A DNA stretch of 62,982 bases, the filler included, from Thraustochytrium aureum (lineage: Eukaryota), in the NCBI GenBank assembly GCA_012862495.1. It is 10 parts of 5 records of this genome, joined end to end, with 100 filler letters (N's around TTAATTAATTAA, not from the genome) between each part and the next. Parts side by side here need not be neighbours in the genome. Positions count along the whole stretch, not along the records: positions 31,597 to 36,841 come from BLSG01000206.1; positions 36,942 to 45,072 come from BLSG01000206.1; positions 45,173 to 46,963 come from BLSG01000207.1; 7 more parts are not named here. One strand, given 5' to 3'. The translations under genes and the position numbers were made by a program. The notes under the pieces are model-generated. The model searched no databases, was not told where the DNA came from, and worked only from the letters and a program-made list of their open reading frames with translations. This document shows positions 33,603 through 45,287 of the stretch, piece after piece; positions within the stretch are counted from its first letter, which is position 1; every line of letters begins with the position of its first letter.

Positions 33603-36042
33603 AGCACGAGCTACGTCCTTGTGCGCGAGCGCTGGTCAGCGAGGAATCAAGTCAGGCGGTTNNNNNNNNNNNNNNNNNNNNNNNNNNNNNNNNNNNNNNN
33701 NNNNNNNNNNNNNNNNNNNNNNNNNNNNNNNNNNNNNNNNNNNNNNNNNNNNNNNNNNNNNNNNNNNNNNNNNNNNNNNNNNNNNNNNNNNNNNNNNNNN
33801 NNNNNNNNNNNNNNNNNNNNNNNNNNNNNNNNNNNNNNNNNNNNNNNNNNNNNNNNNNNNNNNNNNNNNNNNNNNNNNNNNNNNNNNNNNNNNNNNNNNN
33901 NNNNNNNNNNNNNNNNNNNNNNNNNNNNNNNNNNNNNNNNNNNNNNNNNNNNGCAGGGCTTGTTCGTGACGCGTCTCAAGTTGAATGATTGGGGTCTGCC
34001 GGACCGATCTCGGCTCGTAGAAGCGAAAGCAGCAGGACAGCTCACTGGCGAGCCTGCCTCTCACGAGGTCTGCTCTGCAGCCAGTTTGGCGTGCTCCGCG
34101 AGCGTTTTAAAATCTGTCAGAAGAGAGGTGTCGCGCAGGGCTGTGCTGGGCCTCACTGATCAAGGAAGTGCCGCGGCCTGGCCTTGGTCGTACCGAGTAC
34201 GAGTAGATCCTGCTCACATCTACAATTTTCTCGTGTTCATATGTCAACTGTTCCTCCCCACCCTCCGGCGCGGACTCGCGACCTTTGCATCCAGCGACGC
34301 CGTATCCTGACGCGACACAGACCCTCCCACCTTCAACTCGGGTCTTGGCCAGGTGAAATGGTTGTCACCTTGTCCAGGATGGATGAGGATGACCAACCAG
34401 CCTGTTGCACAGCATGCCGCGTCTTGGCACCAGAACGAGTAACGCCCACCCACGCGATCGACCAAGCTGACGAGCCAGCCCAAGCGGCGCCAGGCGGCGA
34501 GGGCCGGGCCGGTGCGTGGCATCATCGCGCTCGCGTCTCCCCGACGCCGCAAACAAATCAACAGCAATCTTCCAAGACCAACAGCGAGCAGCGGAGACTT
34601 GGCAAACCGCCCTGTCATGGAAGCTTTCGGCCCCACGTCGGCGGCCGGCGTCAGTCAGGAGGCCTCCTGCACGTTCAAGTTGCTGCACAAGAGAGTACGT
34701 CGGTGCTGAGATGGTTGGACTCGGGAGTGCAACAAACAACAGCGTACGTAGGCAGGTAGGCAGGTAGGCAGGAGTCCGTCCTCCTCCTCCTGGGCCCTGG
34801 CTGAGGCGACGCGGGGTCGAGCTCTCTCCGCTGCCTGCACGCTCGGCCGGGACCCCCGCACGCCTCGTTCCTCCAGCCGGGAACGCGCGACCCACGTCAC
34901 ACGCACCCCCGTCGGCACGCAGCCCGCTGAAGCGGACGCTGGCGCGTCGCAGGAAGACGTGGCCAGCACGGAGGAGCGTCCAGGTTGTGAGCGATCGCGA
35001 CAGCCTCATCATCGGGACCGACGACGACCTTGTGGCGTAAAAGTAGAGCTACTCTAGCTCTAGGTACTCTACTCTACAAGCAGTACAGCAGCAAGTAAGG
35101 GCTTTCCGCTGCTGCTGTTTGGTTTGCTTGGATGCGGCTGCTGCCGTCGCCCTTCGCATTCGTATCAACCTTCTGGCAAGGGAAGGAAGGGTGGTGCCAT
35201 GTGCGCATGGGTCTGACGTCGCACCGCGTTCCCCACAACGGCTGAGTGCACACCGGAGCGGAGAGGGTGCGGGCGGAACCCCCGCACACCTCCTGCGAAG
35301 ATTTCAAGAGCACATTCAAAATGCACGTGGCAAGCAATCGAAGCGAGATCGATCTTGACAAGATCAAGGGGTTGAAAGACGGGGCTCGCGTGTGGTGCTC
35401 TTTAGGAACAGCGCAGCAGACGCTCGTTGGCATCGGGCACATGTGCTGCGCTGGCCCCTCGAGCTCTCGGTGAACAGGCACAATACTTGCTTGAATTAGN
35501 NNNNNNNNNNNNNNNNNNNNNNNNNNNNNNNNNNNNNNNNNNNNNNNNNNNNNNNNNNNNNNNNNNNNNNNNNNNNNNNNNNNNNNNNNNNNNNNNNNNN
35601 NNNNNNNNNNNNNNNNNNNNNNNNNNNNNNNNNNNNNNNNNNNNNNNNNNNNNNNNNNNNNNNNNNNNNNNNNNNNNNNNNNNNNNNNNNNNNNNNNNNN
35701 NNNNNNNNNNNNNNNNNNNNNNNNNNNNNNNNNNNNNNNNNNNNNNNNNNNNNNNNNNNNNNNNNNNNNNNNNNNNNNNNNNNNNNNNNNNNNNNNNNNN
35801 NNNNNNNNNNNNNNNNNNNNNNNNNNNNNNNNNNNNNNNNNNNNNNNNNNNNNNNNNNNNNNNNNNNNNNNNNNNNNNNNNNNNNNNNNNNNNNNNNNNN
35901 NNNNNNNNNNNNNNNNNNNNNNNNNNNNNNNNNNNNNNNNNNNNNNNNNNNNNNNNNNNNNNNNNNNNNNNNNNNNNNNNNNNNNNNNNNNNNNNNNNNN
36001 NNNNNNNNNNNNNNNNNNNNNNNNNNNNNNNNNNNNNNNNNN

Positions 36043-36841
36043 CTTGCTCGATCTCTTGCTCTTCTTGGGGTCATAGTCGCGAAATGCGGTGATGATCTTG
36101 TCGCGGTGAGAAAAGGTTTCGACACCAACGCGGCGCAAGTCCGAGTGCGTCATGTCCTTGGCCTTGTCGAGCGAGTCAAACTCCTTCACAATCTTGCTGG
36201 CGAACTTGCTCATGTCAAGCTCGGCAAGCACGTTCTTGGCGATCGTCTTAAAGTCGTCGCCACTGGAGCTCGAGCTCGAGCTGGACCCGCGGGACCGGGA
36301 CCGGGACCTGCTCTTGCTCTTCTTCTTTTTCTTCGAGTCGCTGCTCCCTTTGTAGTCTTTGCAGGCCTTGAGGATGTCGAAACGCTTGTTCATGCTGATG
36401 CCTGCCTGCTTGAGCTCGAGGTGCGACCCAGACTTGCCTTTGTCGAGCGTGAACCCAGCTTTCTTTGCGGCTTTGACAAACTCACTCAGGTCTAGCTGCT
36501 TGAAGATTGCTTCCACAGGGTCACCGCCATCGCTCCCGGAGGAGGAGGAGGAGGAGGACCGCCCGCGGCTCCTGCTCCTGCTCTTGCTTTTCCTGCTGCT
36601 GCTCTTTTTGGGTTCGTAGTCACGAAATGCGGTGATGATCTTGTCGCGCTGGCCGAAGAGAGCGATGCCGACGCGGCGCAGGTCGCTGTGGGTGAGGTCC
36701 TTGCACTTTTTAATCGTGTCAAACTCCTTGACGAGGTCCTTGTAGTGCTTGTCCAAGTCGACGCCCTTCAGGACCTTCTTGATCTCGTCCTTGTCGTCGC
36801 CGCCGCCGCTGCTCGAACCTGACTTGCTGCGGCTCCGACTC
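36043..36841 (-). CDS. Tandem SAM-domain protein with Lys/Arg/Ser-rich linkers; both ends truncated
   Basis: Three repeats ending in the SAM-like DLRRVGI..F..RDKIITAF or ELKQAGISMNKRFDIL, separated by KSKSRSRSRGRSSSSSSSG linkers. Confidence 0.75.
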
Positions 36842-36941
36842 NNNNNNNNNNNNNNNNNNNNNNNNNNNNNNNNNNNNNNNNNNNNTTAATTAATTAANNN
36901 NNNNNNNNNNNNNNNNNNNNNNNNNNNNNNNNNNNNNNNNN
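36842..36941. other. Artificial scaffold-joining spacer
   Basis: 44 N + TTAATTAATTAA + 44 N. Confidence 0.97.
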
Positions 36942-38311
36942 AAAAGTCGCTGAGGAAGACCACGTTGTCCGGGCCCCAGGCCTTTTTCATGGGCTCGAAC
37001 CAGGTGTGCTTTGCCACGGTCACCATCGCGCTCGGGTCGCTCCACTTGCGCTTGCGCTCTTTCTCGTCGCTCAGCTCGTCAGTGCTTATGTAGATCTTCT
37101 CGCCCTCCTTGAACAGGCGTCGCGTGTTTTCGATGATCTCCTCGGCTGGCGTCCACGCGTCCTTGAACTGGAATTCGTTGCGGCGGATGTGCAGGCAGCT
37201 GAACTCAAAGTCGCCTAGTACGGAGATGATGCGCTCGGCCATCTCGAAAATCTCCTCGCGAAAGTGGACGTGGTCCCGCACTATCCGCTTGACGCGGCGG
37301 CCTTCCTGCGGATCGAGAAAGTATACCATGGTGTAAAAAGTGCCCCAGCAGGTTTTGTGGAAAGTGCACGACCTTGGCGTCCGCTATTTCGGGCGCGTTC
37401 GTGTTGAACTTTGTCAGCTTGCGGGCGAAAGCCTGAAACCACTTGTCCTGCTTGGCGCGCTCGGCCCCTGTGGCTGTTGCAGCGTCAGCGCCCCCTCGGA
37501 GCGAGGCGCCGTCTTGCGAGCACTGCGGGACACAGTACACGATCTGGCCCCCGATCGCATCATTGGACCAGTGCTGCTTGGTGTTGTACACCCCGGGCAT
37601 CGCGGCAAGGCCCTCAAAGTAGCGCTCGACGGTGGAGTGGACGTCTCTGGGCGAGGGCCGTTCTTTCTGGTACCGACCAAAGTCTACGAGCTCGAAGAAC
37701 TCGTCGTAGGTGACCGTGGGCACGCCGCGCCGAAGAGCTTCGTAGTCAAAGTAGCTCGTCAGCGAGCTCTTCCCGCGGAGGTACATGTTCATCTCGGGCG
37801 GCATGACCAGCGTGCGCCCCGTCGCGGCCGCGAACGCGACCGCCATCTCGAGGCTCATTCGGATGTTGTTGAACCCGCCGCGCCATGGACTAAAAGTGAC
37901 AAACTTGTCTGTCGCAGGGAGCGGGTCGCGTGGCCACTTTGGCTGCGTCTCCAACCAGTACCGCGTGTTGCGCCTGAAGACGAGTTCCCGCACGAGCCCG
38001 TCGTTTTCCGCCGAGAGAGAGTCATGAAACCATGTGGTGTTCAGCGGTTTGCCATTCTCGCCGACTGCGACACGGGAGAGCGAGTCGGACCAGCTCGCGA
38101 CCTGGTCAGGGGATCTGGCCGCTCCAGCCGCAGCCCTGCCGCTTACGAGATGCATAATCTGCTTTTCGCGCTCGTACAGTTTGTTCTGCAGGTGGGCGAC
38201 GGTGAACGTGTCGCTCTCCCCAACCGTCGAGACGTACATGAACGAGAGGGCCACGACAGCCACCACCACCACGGCCACCAAAAACCTCACATAGGTCTGT
38301 TGCGCGTTCAT
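36942..38311 (-). CDS. GDP-fucose protein O-fucosyltransferase family (O-FucT), type II membrane; frameshift near 37336; 3' truncated
   Basis: N-terminal anchor, then GGFNNIRMSLE, GRTLVMPP, LHIRRNEF and IYISTDE. Removing one T joins ORFs 37205-38311 and 36886-37329 (LLGHFYTMVYF). Confidence 0.88.
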
Positions 38312-39258
38312 CTCCTCCGCCGATACGTTGCGCCACCGGGCCTAGTTTCCCGCCGGGCTGGAGGGCAACCGCCTCGAACGGCCGGCGACCGCGCCGGGAG
38401 TGGGGCAATCCCAACAACCGCTCTCGAGGACCCTGCTAACTCACGTCGCGATCGCAAGGGCCCTGGGCGCGGCGCTGCCTCCGATGGGGGACCAGCAAGG
38501 CCTCCTCGAGTCGGCACTGGTGCGCCCGCTCGCCTCGGGGTAGGTATGCACTGCAGCGGCTCTGCCACCTGCTCGTGTANNNNNNNNNNNNNNNNNNNNN
38601 NNNNNNNNNNNNNNNNNNNNNNNNNNNNNNNNNNNNNNNNNNNNNNNNNNNNNNNNNNNNNNNNNNNNNNNNNNNNNNNNNNNNNNNNNNNNNNNNNCTC
38701 AACTCCTCACTCTTGTATTTGTTTGCAAGCCAAAATCCACCACGACGGAGCTGACACGATGCGCGGACCTCGCTTGACTCCACGCGCGTCCGAAGCAGCG
38801 CGCAGGCGAGTCGCAGACGCAGGCAGCACCAGTGGCGTGGCCAGGTTGATTCGTTGCTGCATTTGGATGGCGCAGTGGCAGTGGCGGTGAGAAGGCCTTG
38901 AGACGCCAGGAGCAGAAACGTGTCGTTGTTCTGGCTCAGCTCTCGTTCAACTGGCTTGGAGCTGGCTGTTCAGGTCCCAGGCAGACGGCTTTGCATGCGA
39001 CAGAGCTCGCGCTGTCGTGCGTGGATCGCAACGACAAGGGCCCTGATATCATTCGGTATTTCTCTCTTGAGCAAGCGTTTCCAAGGTGTTCTGCATGAAT
39101 CTGGGGCGCCGGGCCGCCCCGCGCAGCAGGGTGGTCGTTCCTGGCGAGAAAAGCGCACGCGATTATGTGCTACACAACCCGGCGAGAGCTGTGCCGAGCT
39201 CGCTGAGCTGGCCTCGCCCTCGCACCGCGCCCGCGCTCGCTTGTTCTTCGAAGCCGAC

Positions 39259-39318
39259 AGCCAGCCAGCCAGCCAGCCAGCCAGCCTGCCTGCCAGCCAG
39301 CCAGCCAGCCAGCCAGCC
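39259..39318. repeat. (AGCC)n/(TGCC)n microsatellite about 170 bp upstream of the ATG at 39484
   Basis: Sequence reads agccagccagcc...cctgcctgccagccagcc. Confidence 0.9.
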
Positions 39319-39483
39319 CAACGACGCAGGCGGCACTGTTTCCCGCAAGCTGGCACGGTTCTCAGCAGGTGGGTTGGAAGGCAGGTTCGCCAGCCTGAGT
39401 GAAACTCTGTTGGAGCGACAAGCCGAAAGGAGAGCAGACCACAGGTTTGAAAGTGCGCGGACGCGAACGCACTCGCGGCGGCA

Positions 39484-40803
39484 ATGGACGCGGCAGGCCC
39501 GCCAAGGACGCCGCCAGGCGCTGCTGCGCGAGGGTATAAGAGCAGCCCGTAAGTTGGCCCGAGAGTCTGGCAGGTCGCGGCTGGCGCGTGGGCTGGATCG
39601 GTGTTGTTTTCTTTTTCGAAACACGGACGGGGAGGCGGCGGCCGGCCGCGGACTGGACCGCAACGCTGACGCTGCTCGGGGACGAGCTTCGGACAGTCTC
39701 AGAGAGGAGACGGCGAACTTGCTGGCCAAGATCGCTGAGCTGGACGATACGCCCGCTCCACCGACGCTTGAGGCAAAGGATGCCCCTACCGAGCCAAAAC
39801 CGAAAGCGGAGCCGCAACCGCTGGGTAGCGACGCGGCATTGAGCGACACGGCATTGCAAGAAAAGGTAAGTCAGGCGCAGCGGGAACTGCGCGGCAGGAG
39901 CGGTGCGTGCGGCGGGAACTGCACAGGTACGCTAACGGCGGCCCCAGATCGTTGCCGAGCTTGGCACCGTGCTGGGCGATATCGGCCCCGCCAGTGTCTC
40001 TGCCAGGATCTTGCGGGAGGGTCTCGAGGCTAGGCTCGGCGTCTCGCTTGTGAAGCACAAGATTTTCATCAAGCGCGAAGCGAGAAGGCTCATGGAGCTC
40101 AAGTCTGCATCTGAGAAGCATGCGGCAGACAGCTCGACGGGGGCGGATGCCCGGAAAAGGCAGCCGCACAGCTCCCGCGCGCCGGTTCCATCGAGTCGAT
40201 TGCGAGTAGCGTCGCCACTGTCCCAGCCGTCCCCCAGCAGCGGCCGCTCAAGCGGGCTGTCCGTCGACGCGAGTTGTGCACCCGGGGCGACCAGCAGGCG
40301 TCCCGCTCGTCTTTCCGAAAGACTACAAGAAGCTGGCCTCCGTCCTGGTGGAGGTTACCAAGCCGTCCAAGGACAGGCCACTCAGTGAATTGGTGGGCGA
40401 CCAAGGCGCAGTCGGGCGCATCAACTTGGTCGACCCACAGGGCGAGAGCCACAACGAGGGCAAGTCTGCAAAGGCTGGTGGCGCAGCATGGCAGCGCGAC
40501 AAGTGGGGCCACAAGTTTGGTCCAGGGAGCCGGATGGACCTTGCAATCAAAGGCGACTTGTATGACGCCGTGATGGTCTGCTCGCCGGTCACGCTCTTGG
40601 CGATCGAGGTCCCCAAAGGCGGCGAGGCCAAGGTCGTGAACGTGGCCAACTCTTACCTGCGGGCCGTCTACAAGGGCAGCGTGATGGGCAAGCACGGCAC
40701 CATGACGCAGGGTGGGGCATCCGACACCCCGGAAATCGCTCCTTCGAAGCGCAGCAGCAAGGGGCCGACGGGGTCTGCCAAGCGTCGCAAAACCGCCTCG
40801 TGA
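39484..40803 (+). CDS. DEK_C domain + BIN4/MIDGET-like C-terminal domain; introns 39549-39696 and 39866-39947; frameshift near 40285
   Basis: Two GTAAGT...GCTRAC...CAG introns splice in phase. DEK_C reads SDTALQEKIVAELGTVLGDIGPASVSARILREGLEARLGVSLVKHKIFI. BIN4-like region reads VPLVFP...VLVEV...GDQGAVGRI...LAIKGDLYDA...EAKV. Confidence 0.72.
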
Positions 40804-41509
40804 GTCGCGACAGGAAGAGAAAAAGGGGACGCGGACCCATCGCGTTGGCCCATCGCAGGCCGAGCGAAGCGCCGGCACAGAACGATTCCGGCACCAAAGC
40901 GCCCATCTCTGGCTGGATTGCCGTTTCCTTGACTGCCAGTAGTCAGCCCATAATTGCTCTCATCACTCCCTTTGCATTTCTCGTCACTCGCGAAGCGCAT
41001 GGCTTCCGCGTTTGTAAGCCAAGCCAGGCATTGCGGGCCAATGCGCATGCGCGAGCCGCGCGGTTGTTTGGGCCCGTCTCCTGCCAGTTGCGGTGGCTGA
41101 CAAGGTGCTCGTCAACGTGGCCAGCCTGTTGTTCCCATTGGATTGAAGTCAGTCAGGAGGTGCTCGTAAGTACTACTCTACTCTTGGAGCTGCTTGGGCG
41201 AACCAGTGACGCCCAACGCCACCCTTAGGTTTCCCTGCACCATGGCGCAGATGAAAAAAGCAGGGCAGGCGCCAGCAAGCCTGAGCCCCTTGGCCTTGTG
41301 ATTGAGGCATTCCATTGAGGCTGAGCTCCGCGCTCCACCCTGCAAAGCACTCCTGACCCGAGTCACCGCTGATGAGGTCGATTGATGGCCGGCGAACGTG
41401 AGCAAACCGAAGGCAAAGGGGACTGGTTGGTCGGGCACGGGGTGGTGCAGACTCTCTCGCTGCGATGAGCCTTCAATGAGAGTCTGGTCATTCACATCAG
41501 GATGGATGA

Positions 41510-43168
41510 ATGAATGAAAGCCTGGGCAGAACCCGATCGAGCCGAGCTAAATCGACGGTCATGGTGCAGCAAGACGGGGACGGGCAGGTCCCGCTACTCC
41601 GCTCGTCGCAGGGGGCGGAGGATGCGCGAATCAGCCTCGTCTCGGCAAGCTCGCTCACAGTGGTGAGCCTGGGGCTCGTATCGATGATCGAGTATAGCTT
41701 GGTGATGCCCTCCATGAACGAGTTTGTGGTCCAGCGGCTGCACTCGACAGACTTTATGTACGGATGCAGCATGGCAACCTTCTCGCTAGCCCGGCTGCTG
41801 TTCATGCCCGTGCTCGGCGTGTGGAGCGACCGGCGCCCCATGCTTGAACCGTTCATCTGCAGTATAGTGCTGGGGATCTGCGGCAACGCCATGTACGGCT
41901 GCGCAGAGTGGGCCGACAGCGTCTGGTTTGTCCTCTTCGGGCGCGCGCTGGTGGGCATGGGCGCGGCGAACAGCACACTCTCGATGAGCTACATGACTCG
42001 CATCACCACCAACAAGAACCGCACCAAGGCGCTGACCGCGTTGAACGGCGTCAACTTGCTCGGGATAGTCATGGGGCCCGCAACCAACATCCTGATCGAC
42101 TTTCGATGGGCCGCACCGCCAGGCAGTCCGTTCCACGGGCTCGTCCTCGACAAGTACACCAACCCCGGCTGGGCCATGCTGGTCATTCTCTTGCTGATCG
42201 GGGGCCTCTTGCTCGCCACATTCAAGGAGCCACCAAGCGTGTCAGCAAAGGTCCTCGACGAGGACTGCGCGCCGCGCGACGACGTGGAGCAGGCCTCCCT
42301 CCAGTGGTTCGAGGCGCGAGAGGCGGCTGGGAGTGAATGCGGGGAACAAGGTTCTCGCAACACTGCGAGCTCGCACAGTTCCGCGTCATTGTCCGGCTCC
42401 AGCACGGCAGATCTGGCGCACCCGCTTATCCAAGACGTCGAGGCAGCATGCAACCGCGGCAATTGGCGGAGCGTGTTCTGGGGCCTGTTTTGGCACGAGA
42501 GCCTGTGGATCCACTTTGTCATCTCGTTCATGAGTTCGTTCGTCCTCGCAGAGCTGGAGACCGCGCTCCCAAAGATGACGAGTGTAAACTACGGGTGGGA
42601 CACGCTGCAAAACTCGCTCATGTACGCCGTGATTGGCCTTATGACCGCTGCTGCCCTGCTGGCCATTGGTTTGCTCAGCAAGCGGTTCTCTGACCGCGCC
42701 TTTATCACGTTTGGAAATGGGATGTACGGCTGTGCGCTTGCGCTCGGCTGCGTTTTGCTTCGCTCGCAGCCTTCACTCGCGGCCTTTGCTTCGGTGAGCA
42801 CGTTGCTAATTGTGGCAGCCCCTATCGTCGACAGCCCAAACATGGCTGCCTACTCGAAGAGGCTTCAGGGGTCTGACGATGCGGTGCCGTTCCTTGGGCT
42901 GTACATCAGCCTCATCCAGGCCTGCAAGGCAGTAGCGCGCACCGCAGCACCACTGTTTGCAGGTTGGGCGCTCATGTACGCGCCTGACTATACAGCGGTC
43001 TATGCGGGTCCAGCTGTCATTTGGCTCTTGACAGCGCTGGCGACGGCGGCGCGCTTTCGCGCGCTTGAGGAGCGGCCGATGCTTTCGCGCGCTTTTTCAT
43101 CGACGAGCTTTGCAAGCTTTGAGGGCTTTATGCATTCGCCTATGATGACGCCGGTGTTGTCGCCTTGA
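41510..43168 (+). CDS. MFS transporter (MFSD8/CLN7-like), about 12 TM
   Basis: Motifs EYSLVMPSM, GVWSDRRP, GRALVGMGAAN and YTNPGW, with about 12 hydrophobic segments. Confidence 0.93.
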   Translation: MNESLGRTRSSRAKSTVMVQQDGDGQVPLLRSSQGAEDARISLVSASSLTVVSLGLVSMIEYSLVMPSMNEFVVQRLHSTDFMYGCSMATFSLARLLFMPVLGVWSDRRPMLEPFICSIVLGICGNAMYGCAEWADSVWFVLFGRALVGMGAANSTLSMSYMTRITTNKNRTKALTALNGVNLLGIVMGPATNILIDFRWAAPPGSPFHGLVLDKYTNPGWAMLVILLLIGGLLLATFKEPPSVSAKVLDEDCAPRDDVEQASLQWFEAREAAGSECGEQGSRNTASSHSSASLSGSSTADLAHPLIQDVEAACNRGNWRSVFWGLFWHESLWIHFVISFMSSFVLAELETALPKMTSVNYGWDTLQNSLMYAVIGLMTAAALLAIGLLSKRFSDRAFITFGNGMYGCALALGCVLLRSQPSLAAFASVSTLLIVAAPIVDSPNMAAYSKRLQGSDDAVPFLGLYISLIQACKAVARTAAPLFAGWALMYAPDYTAVYAGPAVIWLLTALATAARFRALEERPMLSRAFSSTSFASFEGFMHSPMMTPVLSP

Positions 43169-43450
43169 AGCAACTTGACCTTTGACGGGGCCGCCTGAGC
43201 CGGGGCGGCGCAGTGAGCGGACGTAGACGTACTTTGTGGACCTGACGAAGCACGTTCAACTGTAGATTGCTTTGGTTTTTCTTGCTGGATGCTTGCGCTT
43301 GTACGCGTTCTGCGCCCTCATCTTCTAACGTGTAGCGCTCTCGGTTGCCGGCGAAGCCGGCGCGCCCGATGCCGACACCCTGCAGCAAATGGTTCCCGCA
43401 AAGCGAGCCTCGGCAGGCGCGAGAGCATCGCGCACGCGCTGGCTGGCAAA

Positions 43451-45072
43451 TCACCTCGGCGCAAATCGCGGCGACGATGCGTTTGCTGTCGGCGGCGTAA
43501 AGTACTCGGACAACGCGCTGTGCAGCACGACGCTGGGCGTCGTGACAAGCATCGGGCTCTGCATAAAAGGCCCAGCCGAGCCATCCAGGGGCTGCACAGA
43601 CGAGAATTGGCGGGTGCGCGTGTGCCGGCGCCCGGCTTGCGCGTGGAATTTTGAGAAACGAAGGGCGAGGACAAGGGCAGAGAGGCCCCATATAATGGCG
43701 GGCCCTATGTAGACCGTGATCCGGTCAGCCTGGCCAAGCGCCCACCCAGCATAGAGAGGCGCAATGGTGCGCGAGACGCCGTTGCTGGCATCTATGAAGC
43801 CGAGGTAAAGACCCATGTATGGCACCGCGTCTGGCTTGTCCGACAACCGCTTCGAGTAGGCCGCCATGTTGGGGCTGTCTGTAAGGGGCGCGCCGATGAT
43901 CAGCAAAATGCAGCACACAGCGAAAAACCCGAGCGGCGGCTTGTCCACCCCCAGGGTGAGGCATGCCGTGACGAGAGCAACGCCGTAGATAATCGTCCCG
44001 GCGGTGATGAACTGGCGGTCGGAGAACTTGTCGCTGTATACTCCCTGCAGCGCGAAGAACAAGAGGGGTCAGCAAGGTCGTGGAGGGCGGAACGCGCTCG
44101 CGCAGCCTGCGGATGCGAGCACGCGCCCAGCAGAGAGCGCCGCCAGTGGCGGCACCCGTGGGCAAACGACTTACGGTGAGCACCAGGGTTGTGGCAGTAA
44201 CAATGCCGATGCAAGCGTACATGAGCGAGTTCTGGACCGTGCCCCAGCCGTAGCTCTTGTTGGTGAGCGCAGGCAAGGCGGTCTCCAGCTCGCTGACAAG
44301 GAAGTTTGACACGAAGGAGATAGCAAAGTGGACCCAGAGCGAGTCGTAGAAGAACAGCTGCCAGTAAATCGACTTCCAGGTGCGGCCGGCAACGCGGACG
44401 CCCCCGGATCGGCTGTCCCGCGCCTCTCCCTCGCCCTGGTCCGCAAAGGCCGCGCTCCCGTGCTGCTCCTCAAACAGAAGCGCGTCGATCTCGTCGCCGA
44501 CGTCCACTGCACGGCTCGGCTCCCTAAAGTTGACCGACATCGAGCCCCAGATGAGCGCCAGAAGAAGCGCCATGAGCCAGCCGGGGTTGGTGTACTGATT
44601 GAACGAGAGATGCTCGATGGCCGTGTCGATGCGAAAGTTGATCAGCACGTTGGTGACTGGCCCAAGTACAATCCCGAGCAGGTTGATGCCGTTGATGGTC
44701 GCGAGCGCCCGCGTCCGCGTCGCCTGCGTTGTGATCCGCGTGATGTAGCTCATCGTGAGCGTGCTGTTGGCCGCACCCATGCCTACAAGCACGCGGCCGA
44801 AGAGCACCAACCACTTGGTCTGGGCGAGCTCTGCCAACGCGTACATGACGTTGCCGACGAGGCTCAAGAGGATGCTGAAGAGGAAGGGCTGGATCATGGG
44901 GCGGTTGTCTGCCCAGTAGCCAAGCACAGGCATGAATACGACGCGGGCGGCGGAGAAGGAGGCCATACTGAGGCCGTAGAACAGGTCGTCGCCGTCGAGA
45001 ATTTTAACCAGGTAGTTTTCCATGTTGGGCATGATCAGCGAGTACTCGATCATCCCGACGAGCCCGAGCATG
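43451..45072 (-). CDS. MFS transporter (MFSD8-like), paralogue of 41510-43168; intron 44045-44174; 5' truncated
   Basis: Same motifs (EYSLIMP, GRVLVGMGAANST, YTNPGW, DSPNMAAYSKRL). A GTAAGT...GCTGAC...CAG intron joins ORFs 43725-45071 and 43451-44062 in phase 0. Confidence 0.92.
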
Positions 45073-45172
45073 NNNNNNNNNNNNNNNNNNNNNNNNNNNN
45101 NNNNNNNNNNNNNNNNTTAATTAATTAANNNNNNNNNNNNNNNNNNNNNNNNNNNNNNNNNNNNNNNNNNNN
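45073..45172. other. Artificial scaffold-joining spacer
   Basis: 44 N + TTAATTAATTAA + 44 N. Confidence 0.97.
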
Positions 45173-45287
45173 AAATTATCGTCCTCGTCGCTCCCCGACC
45201 GCCCATGTCCTCGTCAGCGGCGGCGGTGCCTCTCGACGCCCCCACGCCGTTTTTGTCGCAGAAGCAGGAGCAGGAGCAGCAGCAGCA

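Noticed and set aside
32340..34310. Long antisense or alternative-frame ORFs and ORFs running through N gaps
   Set aside because: These are shadows of GC3-biased real genes on the opposite strand, or are inflated by X runs.
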